Assembly (NCBI GenBank): GCA_050249455.1
Contig: JBFWQM010000001.1
Location: forward strand, 21,316 to 85,315
Direction of reading: 5' to 3'
DNA from: Rhodospirillaceae bacterium
GTDB taxonomy: Bacteria; Pseudomonadota; Alphaproteobacteria; MPNO01; VGEU01
Length of the DNA stretch: 64,000 bases
Every line of letters begins with the position of its first letter. Position 1 is the stretch's first letter. Below the pieces are notes generated by a model that was given only the letters and a program-made list of their open reading frames with translations, was not told the origin of the DNA and did no database searches. Position numbers and translations under genes: made by a program. Positions 9,384 through 17,689 of this stretch are shown in pieces.

Positions 9384-10700
9384 ATGGCTTTCGTTCGACA
9401 CGTCTTCATAGCGCTGGCCTACGCGGTGCTCGCGGCCGGCGTAGCGCTCGCGCTTCCCATTTTCGTGCCCGCGATCCCGGGGCCGGTGGCGCTGGTGCTG
9501 GGCGCCACCGTGCTGGTCGCGGCGGCGCTGCTGCACGAGGTGTTCGCCCGCCAGGAAGAAGGCGGGCGCATCAGCGACGAGATCCACGAGCTGCGCCAGC
9601 AGAACGGCCGCATCATGCGCGAGTTGACCCGCGCGCGCGAGGAGGCGACCCGGCTGCAGGCCTCGATCACCGACCAGCTCGCGCGCAAGCCGGCGAAGGA
9701 CTGGGAGAAGGAGATCGACACCGTCGTCGCCGAGGTCCGCGTGTTGCAGACCCTGGTCGAGGAGATCACCGAGAACCGGCGCGCCGAGCAGGAGGCGACG
9801 GCCCGCGTGCCGGCGATGGTCGGCGCCGGCAACGGCGCCCCGCCGCCGCGGCCCGCCGCTGCCGCCCCGGCGGCGCCGGCCGTCCCGGCAGCCGCGCCGG
9901 CACCGGCGCCGTCGCCCACCGCCCCGCTCAAATATGCGCCGCGCGACCTCGACGACTCGACCGTCCTCGGCATCATCCGCGACGGCCTGCGCTCCGACCG
10001 GGTCGACCTGTTCCTGCAGCCGGTGGTCAGCCTGCCGCAGCGCAAGCGCCGCTACTTCGAGGCGTTCACCCGCATCCATACGCCCGAAGGCCTGATCGTG
10101 GCGCCGGAGCAGTACATCGCGCTGGCCGAGCGCGAGGGCCTGGTCGCGGCGCTGGACAACCTGCTCCTTTTCCGCTGCATCCAGCTTCTGCGCAAGCACC
10201 AGCGGCGGGCGGAGAGCTTCGGCTTCTTCTGCAACATCTCACCGCATACCATCGCCGACCGCACCTTCTTCCGCGACTTCGTGGACTTCATGGGCGAGAA
10301 CAGCCAGCTCGCGCCGCGGCTGGTGTTCGAGATGCCGCAGGCGACCCTGTTCGGCGCCGACGAAGACCTGGCGGAAGCGCTGCGCCGGCTGTCGGCGGCC
10401 AGCTTCCGCTTCTCGATGGACCAGGTGACCAACCTCGACATCGACTTCGCGGCGCTGTCGGCGCGCAACATCCGCTTCGTGAAGGTCGACGCCCGGCAGC
10501 TCGTGGCCGAGCTCGAGCACCCAACCTTGCGCTTCCCGCCGCAGGAGCTGAAGCGCAGGCTGGCCGGCCAGGGCATCGACCTGATCGCGACCAAGGTCGA
10601 AACGGAGGCCACCCTGCGCGACGTGCTCGACCTCGAGATCGACTACGGCCAGGGCTACCTGTTCGGCGAGCCCCGCCCCGGCTCGGACACCGCGCTGTGA
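9384..10700 (+). CDS. membrane-anchored coiled-coil EAL-domain protein (degenerate DDFGTG motif)
   Basis: 438 aa. It has an N-terminal hydrophobic region, a coiled-coil-like segment, a Pro/Ala linker, then an EAL domain (QPVVSL..RYFEAFTRI, FFCNISP, VFEMPQ, KVD, ATKVETE, QGYLFGEP). The usual DDFGTG is replaced by MDQVTN. Confidence 0.85.
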   Translation: MAFVRHVFIALAYAVLAAGVALALPIFVPAIPGPVALVLGATVLVAAALLHEVFARQEEGGRISDEIHELRQQNGRIMRELTRAREEATRLQASITDQLARKPAKDWEKEIDTVVAEVRVLQTLVEEITENRRAEQEATARVPAMVGAGNGAPPPRPAAAAPAAPAVPAAAPAPAPSPTAPLKYAPRDLDDSTVLGIIRDGLRSDRVDLFLQPVVSLPQRKRRYFEAFTRIHTPEGLIVAPEQYIALAEREGLVAALDNLLLFRCIQLLRKHQRRAESFGFFCNISPHTIADRTFFRDFVDFMGENSQLAPRLVFEMPQATLFGADEDLAEALRRLSAASFRFSMDQVTNLDIDFAALSARNIRFVKVDARQLVAELEHPTLRFPPQELKRRLAGQGIDLIATKVETEATLRDVLDLEIDYGQGYLFGEPRPGSDTAL

Positions 10701-11587
10701 TGGCGGCGATGCCGGACGCGATCCCGTTCCACGCCGGCGTGTCGCAGATCGCCGATCGCTACGACGGCTTCATCCTTGACGTGTGGGGCGTGATCCACGA
10801 CGGGATGAAGCTGTACCCCGGCGTCGTAGACTGCCTGACCCGCATGGCGGGCGCCGGCAAGCGCTTCGTCATGCTGTCCAACGCGCCCCGCCGCGCGCAT
10901 GCGATCGGCGAGGCGATGCGGGGCATGGGCGTGCCGGCGGATTTCTGTCGCGACATCATGTCGTCGGGCGAGGCGACCTACGAGGCGCTGGCGAAGCGCC
11001 CAGACGCCTGGTACGCCGCGCTCGGCAGGCGATGCCTGCACGTCGGGCCAAAGCGCGACGAGAATCTGTTCGAGGGCCTCGGCCTCACGCGCACGACCGG
11101 CGCGGAGGAGGCCGACTTCATCCTCAACACCGGGCCGTGGCGCGACGAGGAAACGGTCGCCGACTACGAGACGCTGCTGCAGGCCGGCGCGCGGCGCAAG
11201 CTGCCGATGATCTGCGCCAACCCCGACCTGGTGGTGATCCGCGGCGGCACCAAGATCATCTGCGCCGGTGCGCTGGCGCTGCGCTACGAGGCGCTGGGCG
11301 GCGACGTGCGCTGGCTCGGCAAGCCGCACGCCGACATCTACGACTTCTGCTTCTCCCGGCTCGGCATCGCCGACCGGCGCCGGATCGCCGCGATCGGCGA
11401 TTCGCTGCGCACCGACGTGGCCGGCGCCGCCGCCGCCGGGATTGACGCGATGCTGGCGACCGGCGGCATCCATGCCGACGAATTCGGCGTCGCGGCCGGC
11501 GTGCAGCCCGACGCCGCCAAGGTCCTCGCCGCGTGCGAACGCGAGGGCCACTTCCCGGCCGGCCTGCTGCCCGGCCTGGTCTGGTAG
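10697..11587 (+). CDS. HAD-superfamily hydrolase (subfamily IIA, TIGR01459-like)
   Basis: 296 aa with the DVWGVIHDG nucleophile motif, LSNAPR, and C-terminal AIGDSLRTDVAGA. Its start overlaps the EAL gene stop (GTGATG). Confidence 0.8.
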   Translation: MMAAMPDAIPFHAGVSQIADRYDGFILDVWGVIHDGMKLYPGVVDCLTRMAGAGKRFVMLSNAPRRAHAIGEAMRGMGVPADFCRDIMSSGEATYEALAKRPDAWYAALGRRCLHVGPKRDENLFEGLGLTRTTGAEEADFILNTGPWRDEETVADYETLLQAGARRKLPMICANPDLVVIRGGTKIICAGALALRYEALGGDVRWLGKPHADIYDFCFSRLGIADRRRIAAIGDSLRTDVAGAAAAGIDAMLATGGIHADEFGVAAGVQPDAAKVLAACEREGHFPAGLLPGLVW

Positions 11588-11644
11588 TCGCCGTCCGGCG
11601 CGCCCTGCGGCCGCCGGCGTTTCCGCTGATACGGTCGGACGAGG

Positions 11645-14600
11645 ATGGCACGGATGGCCGACACCCAGATGAAATTCGAAGGCGGGCACACCGCAACATT
11701 CTCCGCCGCGGCGTTCGCGGCGGGCGGACCGACCAGGACGGACCGGAAGATGAACCAGATTGCCAAGCGCCCCGACCCGGATGCGCGCGCGCAGGCCGCG
11801 CCCGACCCGACCGGCCTGTTCGCCGGCGTCGTCGCCTCAACGATCTGGGTGCTCCTGTGGGCGCTCTACATCCAGGCCAGCGTCGGCTGGGACCTCGTGA
11901 TGGCGCTCCTGCCGCACGAGGTCGCCGTCATCTTCCTGTCGATGGCGGTGCCGCTGGCGGTGATCTGGCTGATTGTCCTGTTTGTCCGTCGCACCCGCGC
12001 CGAATCGCGCGAGATCCGCACCGTGCGCGACGACGTGCGCCGGCTGCTGGCGCCGTCGGCCGTCGCCAACAGCGACCTCGCCACCCTGAACGAGGTGCTC
12101 CACGTCCGCATGCGCGAGATCGGCAATGCCGCCGACGAGGTCTCGGTCGACATCCGGATGCGCCTCGACGCCGTCGCCGACCAGCTGCGCCGCCAGATGA
12201 CCGACCTCAACCACGCCGCCGACGTTGCCGCCGGGCAGGCCGCGCAGCGCGTGCTCTCGGTCGGCGAGGCGTTGCGCCAGCAGACCGACGACCTGACCCA
12301 CGCCGTCGAGCGCGCCAACGCGCTGGCGGAGGAAAAGGCGCGTGCCATCGCCGAGGTGATGCGCGCGCGCATGCTCGAGGTCGCCGTCGCCTCCGACGAG
12401 GCGATCGCCGAGACCGAGGCGAAGGCCAGCGGCGTGGCCGACGCGCTGCGCCGCGAGATGCTGTCGATCGCCGCCGCGACCGACCAGGCGGCGGCCGAGG
12501 CGCGCGGGCGCATGCAGGCACTGGCCGAGGCGCTGCGCGACGAGCTGTCGGACCTCGAATCCGCGATCGAGCGCGCCAACGCCGCCGCGGCGGAGAAGGC
12601 GCAGGCGATCTCCGCCACGCTGCAGACCCAGACCCGCGAGATCGACAGCGTCGCCGACCAGGCGCTGCGCGCGACCGAGACCAAGGCGGTCGCCGTCGGC
12701 GAGATCCTGCGCAAGGCGGTGCTGTCGGTGGCCGACGCCTCCGACCAGGTCGCGATCGACTCGCGCGACAAGATCCTCTCGGTGGGCGATGCGCTGCGCG
12801 CCCAGTCCGACGCGCTGCACCGCTCGGTGGAAGCCGCCGGTACGCTGGCGGAGGAGAAGTCGCAGGCGATCGCCGCGCTGATGGACGACCAGGTGCGCGG
12901 CATCGCCGCCGCCTCCGAGCGCGCCGTCGCCGACACGGCGGCCCAGGCCGCCGCCGCCGCCCAGGCCCTGCACCGCACGCTCGAAGGCCAGGCGGAATCG
13001 CTGCGCCGGTCGCTCGATTCCACGGGCGCGCTGGCGGAAGACCGCGCGCGCTCCATCGGCGCGCTGATGGACGGCCAGGTGCTGAGCTTCGCCACCGCAT
13101 CAGACCGCATCATCGTCGATACGGAAGCGCGCGTGATCAAGGTCGGCGAGAGCCTGCGCCAGGCCGTGCAGTCGGTGGCCGATGCGGCCGACCGGGCCGC
13201 GGTCGAATCGCGCGACAAGGTGCTGTCGGTGCGCGAGGCGCTGAAGGCGCAGTCGGATGCGCTGGCGCGCGCGGTCGAGGCGGCCAACGCGCTGGCGGAG
13301 GAAAAGGCCCACGCCATCGGCGCGATCATGGAAGAGCAGGTGCGCGGCATCGCCGCCGCCTCCGACCTCATCGTCGCGGAAACGGAGGACAAGGCGCATG
13401 CCGTCGGCGACGTCATGCGCAAGGAGATGCTGGCGGTCGCGCTCGCCTCGGACCAGGCGGTCGCCGATGCGCGCGGCAAGGCGATGGCGGTCGGCGACGT
13501 GCTGCGCCATCAGATGAACGACGTGAACGCCGCCGTGGAGCTCGCCAGCGCCGAAGCCGAGACGCGCGTGCAGTCGATCGGCGAGGCGCTGCGGCGCGAG
13601 ATGGCGGCGATCGCCGACGCGACCGATGCCGCGTCGACCGACGCCCAGTCCCGCATCGACGCGCTCGGCGCCGCGCTGCGGCGCGAGATCGACGCCGCCG
13701 ACGAAGCGGTCCGCCACAGCACCGCGGCGACGACGGCGCGCGCGCGCGAGCTTGGCGCGGCGCTTGGCGAGCAGGTTGCCGCGATGACGGCGGCGTCCGA
13801 CCATGCGCTCGCCGACGCCGAAGCGAAGTCGCAGGCGATCGGCGAGATGCTGCGCCAGGAGGTGATCTCGATCGCCACCGCGGCGGAGCAGGGCGCCGGC
13901 GAGGCGCGGCGCAAGGTGGTCACCGTCGGCGAAGCGCTGAGCGCGCAGATGGAGGAGCTCAACGCCGCGGTGCAGCGCGCCGCCGCGCTGGCCGAGGACC
14001 GCGCCCGCGCGTTCGGCGCCGCGTTCGAGACGCGGGTGGCGGAGATCGCCGCCGCGGCGGACCGGGCGGCTGCCGATACCGAAGGAAAGACCCAGGCCAT
14101 CTCCGCGCTGCTGCGCCGCGAGGCTGCCGACATGGCCGTCGCGGCGGACCGCGCGGCGGCCGAGGCGCGCGCCAAGGTGGAGGCGATCGGCGAGACCCTG
14201 CGCCACGAGATGGATGGCCTCGCCACCGCGATCGACCGGACCAACGTGCTGGCGGAGGAGCGCGCCCGCGCCATCGGCATCGTGCTGCGCAGCCAGGTCC
14301 ACGACATTGCCGCCGCGTCCGACGAGGCGGTGGCGGAGACCGAGACGCGCGCCCACGCCGTCCAGGAGATCCTGCGCCGCCACGTGCTGGCGATCGGCGA
14401 CAGCCTGCGCCAGGAGACCGACGGCTTCGCCACGACGCTCGACCACGCCAACGCGCAGGCGGAGGAACGCGCCCGCGCATTCGGCGCCATCCTGCGCGGC
14501 CAGGTCCGCGACATTGCCGCCGCGTCCGGCGAGGCGGTGGCCGAGACCGAGGCGCGCGCCCAGGCGGTTCAGGAGATCCTGCGCCGCCAGGTGGAGGCGA

Positions 14601-17542
14601 TCGCCGTCTCCGCCGACCAGGCCTCGGGGGAGGCGCGCGCGAAGGTGCAGGCGCTCGGCGAATCGCTGCGCGTCGAGATGCAGTCGGTGACCGAGACGTC
14701 GACGCGGCTGGCGACCGACGCCACGGCGCGCATCCAGTCGGCGTCCGACGTCCTGCTCGACCAGGTCAACACGCTGACCATGGCGTCCGAGCGCGCGGCG
14801 AGCCAGGCCGAGGTGCTGCACGACATGCTCGACCGGCAGACCGAGCGGCTGGAGCACGCGTCCGCCAACGCGGCGCAGACCACCGAGACGGCGCGCGAGC
14901 TGATCGAGCGCCACGCCCGCGACCTGGAGCAGGTGACGGCGGCGGCGATGACCCGCGTCACCGACCTGGGCGATGCGGTGCGCGCCCAGATCGATGCGTT
15001 CATCGCGGCGACCGAGACCGCGGCGGACGGCGCGCGCGCCACCACCGACGACGTGCGCGCGCAGATCACCGAACTGTCCGCCGACTTCCGCATGGTGGCC
15101 AACGACGTCGATTCGACCGCGGCGGCGATGAACGCGCATGCGCGCGCGCTGGCCGCCGCCTCGCACGAGGCGATCGCCTCGCTGCGCGAGGTGGGCGAGC
15201 TGATGCAGAGCCAGGGCGACGGCGTGGGCGCCGCCTCGACCAAGGCGGTCGCCTCGGTGTACGAGGTGAACGCGCTGCTCAACCGCTCCTCCGGCGACAT
15301 GGCGGGCGCCGCCGACCGGCTGACCGCGAAGGTGCGCGACGCCGGCACGGCGCTGCGCACGGAAGCCGGCGCCTTCGACGCCGCGACCGACCGCGTCGCG
15401 GAGCGCGTCGCCGCATTCGCGGCGCTGGCCGGCGAGCGTCATGCGGCGTTCGCCGCCGCCTGCGATGCCGCGGTCAACCAGGCCGCCGCCAGCATCGACG
15501 CCATCGGCACCCGCGCGCACGAAGCGGCGGGCGCGCTGGCGACCGCCAGCGAGGCGATGGCCCTGCGCGCTGGCGACACCGCGGCGCGCATCGTCGCCGA
15601 CGTCGATGCGGCGGCGCAGCGCTTCGATGCCGGTGCGGGCGCGCTGATCGACCGCGCGGCCGGCCGGCTCAACCGGCTGGGCCAGGACATCGCCGCCCGC
15701 GCCGCCGACGCGACGACCGCGAGCGACGATGCGGCCGAGCGCACGACCGCGGCGATCGCCGCCCTCGCGGCGGAGCTGCGGGCGCGGTCGGCCGAGTTCA
15801 TCGCGGTCGCCGAGCAGGTCGCGGCGGAAGCCGGCGGCCGGCTGGACGCGGTCGGCGCCGCGGTGCGCCGCAACGCCGAGGGCGCCGACGCGGCGATCGA
15901 CCGCACCGCCGCGCACGTCGAGGCAAAGGTCATCGACATCGAGGGCCGCCTGCGCCAGCACGCCGAGCAGGTGGAGCGCGGGGTCGAGGAGACCGTCGCC
16001 CGCGCCGCCGGCCGGGTGGAGGCGCTCAACACCGGCGTCCAGCAGCAGGCCAGCCGCATCGCCGGCCTGTCCGCCGAGACCGCGCAGAACCTGGCGGTCG
16101 CGCTCGAGTCCGTCGGCGAATCGGTGCGCGCGCACAGCCAGTCGCTGGAATCGTCGATGGCGCGCGCCGGAGACGTCGCCGCCGCCGCCGCCGAACAGGT
16201 GCAGCGCGACGTGACGGGACGGCTGTCGGAGATCGGCATCGCGCTGGAGGCGCAGGCGGCTGCGGTGCGCGGCGCCGCCGACGAAGCCGTGGCGCATGTC
16301 CTGGCGCGCAGCGACGAGGCGGGCGCGGCGCTGCACCTGCGCGCGGATGCGATCGTCACCGCGACCGACCTCGCGTCGCAGCGCATCGCCGCCGCCGGGG
16401 AATCGCTGGAGCGTCAGGCGGCGGTCATGGCCGAGGCCGCAGGCACGGCGCAGGAGCGGGCGGCGGACGTCGGCGACACCTTCGCACGCCAGGCCGGCGC
16501 GCTTATGTCGGCGTCGCAGGACGCGGTGTCGCGCGCCGCGCAGGTGCGCGACCTGCTGACCAGCCAGGGCGAGACGCTGCAGCGCATCCTGTCCGACGTG
16601 GATTCGCGCGGCGCCAGCATCGGCGGCGCGCTGGGCGACCAGTTCGAGCGGCTGTCGGCCACCGCGGCGACCGCCGCCAGCGCCGTCGACGCGCTCGGCG
16701 CGGAGATCGGGCGCCAGGCCGGGGCGCTCGCCGCGGCCTCGCAGGATTCGGTCGGGCGGCTGGAGGCCGTGATGGCGGCGTGCCGCGAGACCGCGACCGG
16801 CATGGCCGGCGTCGCCGCCAGGGCGGCCACCGACGTCGAGACCCTGGCCGGCGCGCTGAAGGACCAGTCCGGCAGCATCGAGACCGCCGCGCAGGTGGCG
16901 GAAGAACGGGTCGCCGGCATCGGCAGGGTGTTTGGCCAGCAGGCCGACGACCTCAACGCCGCCGCCGACAAGGCGAGCGCCCAGGCGGCCCGCTTCGGCG
17001 AGCAGCTGCGCCAGCACGTGCTGGAGCTCGCCGAATCGCTCGACCGCATCACCGCGCAGTCTGGCTCGATCGGCGACACCTTCAAGGAGCAGGCGCAGAA
17101 GCTGGTCGACGCCGCGGCCGAGGCCGAGAAGCAGGCCCGCGTCATCCGCGAGAACGCGTTCGACGCCCGCCGCGACGCCTTCCTCAGCACCGCCAAGTTC
17201 GTGGTGGAGGACCTGCAGTCGACGTCGATCGACATCACCCGGGTGATCGACCAGCAGAAGGCGCAGAAGCTCTGGAACAAGTTCACCAAGGGCGACCGCG
17301 GCATCTTCGTGCGCACCATGCTGTCCGACGACGAGCGCCGCGCCCGCACGGTGATCGGCGAGAAGTACGAGCGCGACGAGACGTTCCGCCGCTACGTGAC
17401 CCGCTACCTCGACCACTTCGAGAAGCTGATCAACGAGGCGCATGAGAGCGACCCCGACAACCTGCTCGCCTCCACGTTCCTTTCCGCCGACGTCGGCAAG
17501 CTGTATACGCTGCTCGCCAAGTCGGTCGGCCGGATGAACTGA
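11645..17542 (+). CDS. giant (1,965 aa) membrane-anchored Ala/Glu/Arg-rich repeat protein, unknown function
   Basis: Two hydrophobic segments near the N-terminus (LFAGVVASTIWVLLWALYI, VAVIFLSMAVPLAVIWLIVLFV). About 30 regular 29-residue repeats follow, then degenerate repeats. A non-repetitive C-terminal domain ends ...LSADVGKLYTLLAKSVGRMN. This frame has protein-like composition and G/C-rich third positions, unlike the overlapping open frames. Confidence 0.8.
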   Translation: MARMADTQMKFEGGHTATFSAAAFAAGGPTRTDRKMNQIAKRPDPDARAQAAPDPTGLFAGVVASTIWVLLWALYIQASVGWDLVMALLPHEVAVIFLSMAVPLAVIWLIVLFVRRTRAESREIRTVRDDVRRLLAPSAVANSDLATLNEVLHVRMREIGNAADEVSVDIRMRLDAVADQLRRQMTDLNHAADVAAGQAAQRVLSVGEALRQQTDDLTHAVERANALAEEKARAIAEVMRARMLEVAVASDEAIAETEAKASGVADALRREMLSIAAATDQAAAEARGRMQALAEALRDELSDLESAIERANAAAAEKAQAISATLQTQTREIDSVADQALRATETKAVAVGEILRKAVLSVADASDQVAIDSRDKILSVGDALRAQSDALHRSVEAAGTLAEEKSQAIAALMDDQVRGIAAASERAVADTAAQAAAAAQALHRTLEGQAESLRRSLDSTGALAEDRARSIGALMDGQVLSFATASDRIIVDTEARVIKVGESLRQAVQSVADAADRAAVESRDKVLSVREALKAQSDALARAVEAANALAEEKAHAIGAIMEEQVRGIAAASDLIVAETEDKAHAVGDVMRKEMLAVALASDQAVADARGKAMAVGDVLRHQMNDVNAAVELASAEAETRVQSIGEALRREMAAIADATDAASTDAQSRIDALGAALRREIDAADEAVRHSTAATTARARELGAALGEQVAAMTAASDHALADAEAKSQAIGEMLRQEVISIATAAEQGAGEARRKVVTVGEALSAQMEELNAAVQRAAALAEDRARAFGAAFETRVAEIAAAADRAAADTEGKTQAISALLRREAADMAVAADRAAAEARAKVEAIGETLRHEMDGLATAIDRTNVLAEERARAIGIVLRSQVHDIAAASDEAVAETETRAHAVQEILRRHVLAIGDSLRQETDGFATTLDHANAQAEERARAFGAILRGQVRDIAAASGEAVAETEARAQAVQEILRRQVEAIAVSADQASGEARAKVQALGESLRVEMQSVTETSTRLATDATARIQSASDVLLDQVNTLTMASERAASQAEVLHDMLDRQTERLEHASANAAQTTETARELIERHARDLEQVTAAAMTRVTDLGDAVRAQIDAFIAATETAADGARATTDDVRAQITELSADFRMVANDVDSTAAAMNAHARALAAASHEAIASLREVGELMQSQGDGVGAASTKAVASVYEVNALLNRSSGDMAGAADRLTAKVRDAGTALRTEAGAFDAATDRVAERVAAFAALAGERHAAFAAACDAAVNQAAASIDAIGTRAHEAAGALATASEAMALRAGDTAARIVADVDAAAQRFDAGAGALIDRAAGRLNRLGQDIAARAADATTASDDAAERTTAAIAALAAELRARSAEFIAVAEQVAAEAGGRLDAVGAAVRRNAEGADAAIDRTAAHVEAKVIDIEGRLRQHAEQVERGVEETVARAAGRVEALNTGVQQQASRIAGLSAETAQNLAVALESVGESVRAHSQSLESSMARAGDVAAAAAEQVQRDVTGRLSEIGIALEAQAAAVRGAADEAVAHVLARSDEAGAALHLRADAIVTATDLASQRIAAAGESLERQAAVMAEAAGTAQERAADVGDTFARQAGALMSASQDAVSRAAQVRDLLTSQGETLQRILSDVDSRGASIGGALGDQFERLSATAATAASAVDALGAEIGRQAGALAAASQDSVGRLEAVMAACRETATGMAGVAARAATDVETLAGALKDQSGSIETAAQVAEERVAGIGRVFGQQADDLNAAADKASAQAARFGEQLRQHVLELAESLDRITAQSGSIGDTFKEQAQKLVDAAAEAEKQARVIRENAFDARRDAFLSTAKFVVEDLQSTSIDITRVIDQQKAQKLWNKFTKGDRGIFVRTMLSDDERRARTVIGEKYERDETFRRYVTRYLDHFEKLINEAHESDPDNLLASTFLSADVGKLYTLLAKSVGRMN
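12080..14820 (+). repeat. in-frame tandem 87-nt (29-codon) coding repeats, arranged in 3-unit super-repeats
   Basis: Hand-counted consecutive units are exactly 29 aa. Examples: KARAIAEVMRARMLEVAVASDEAIAETEA, KASGVADALRREMLSIAAATDQAAAEARG, KAHAVGDVMRKEMLAVALASDQAVADARG. Confidence 0.85.
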
Positions 17543-17581
17543 AGGCGGCCGGCGGCTGACAAGTTTCGGCGCGGACGCGCC

Positions 17582-17662
17582 GGGGGCCCCCCCCCCCCCA
17601 CCCCCCCCCGGGGGGGGGGGGAGATCCCCCACCCCACCGGGGTGGGGTGTGGGGGGGGGGGG
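17582..17662. repeat. cluster of long C and G homopolymer runs with palindromic character
   Basis: G5, C13 (17587-17599), A, C9 (17601-17609), G12 (17610-17621), AGAT, CCCCCACCCCACC (17626-17638), GG, then GGTGGGGTGT plus G12 (17651-17662). Confidence 0.9.
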
Positions 17663-17689
17663 TCTCAACCAGTCGATGCCGGAGCCGCC

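Noticed and set aside
12080-14820. Possible CRISPR array or satellite because of regular tandem repeats
   Set aside because: The repeats are 87 nt, contiguous with no unique spacers, in frame within one ORF, and conserved at the amino-acid level. No cas genes are present in the window.
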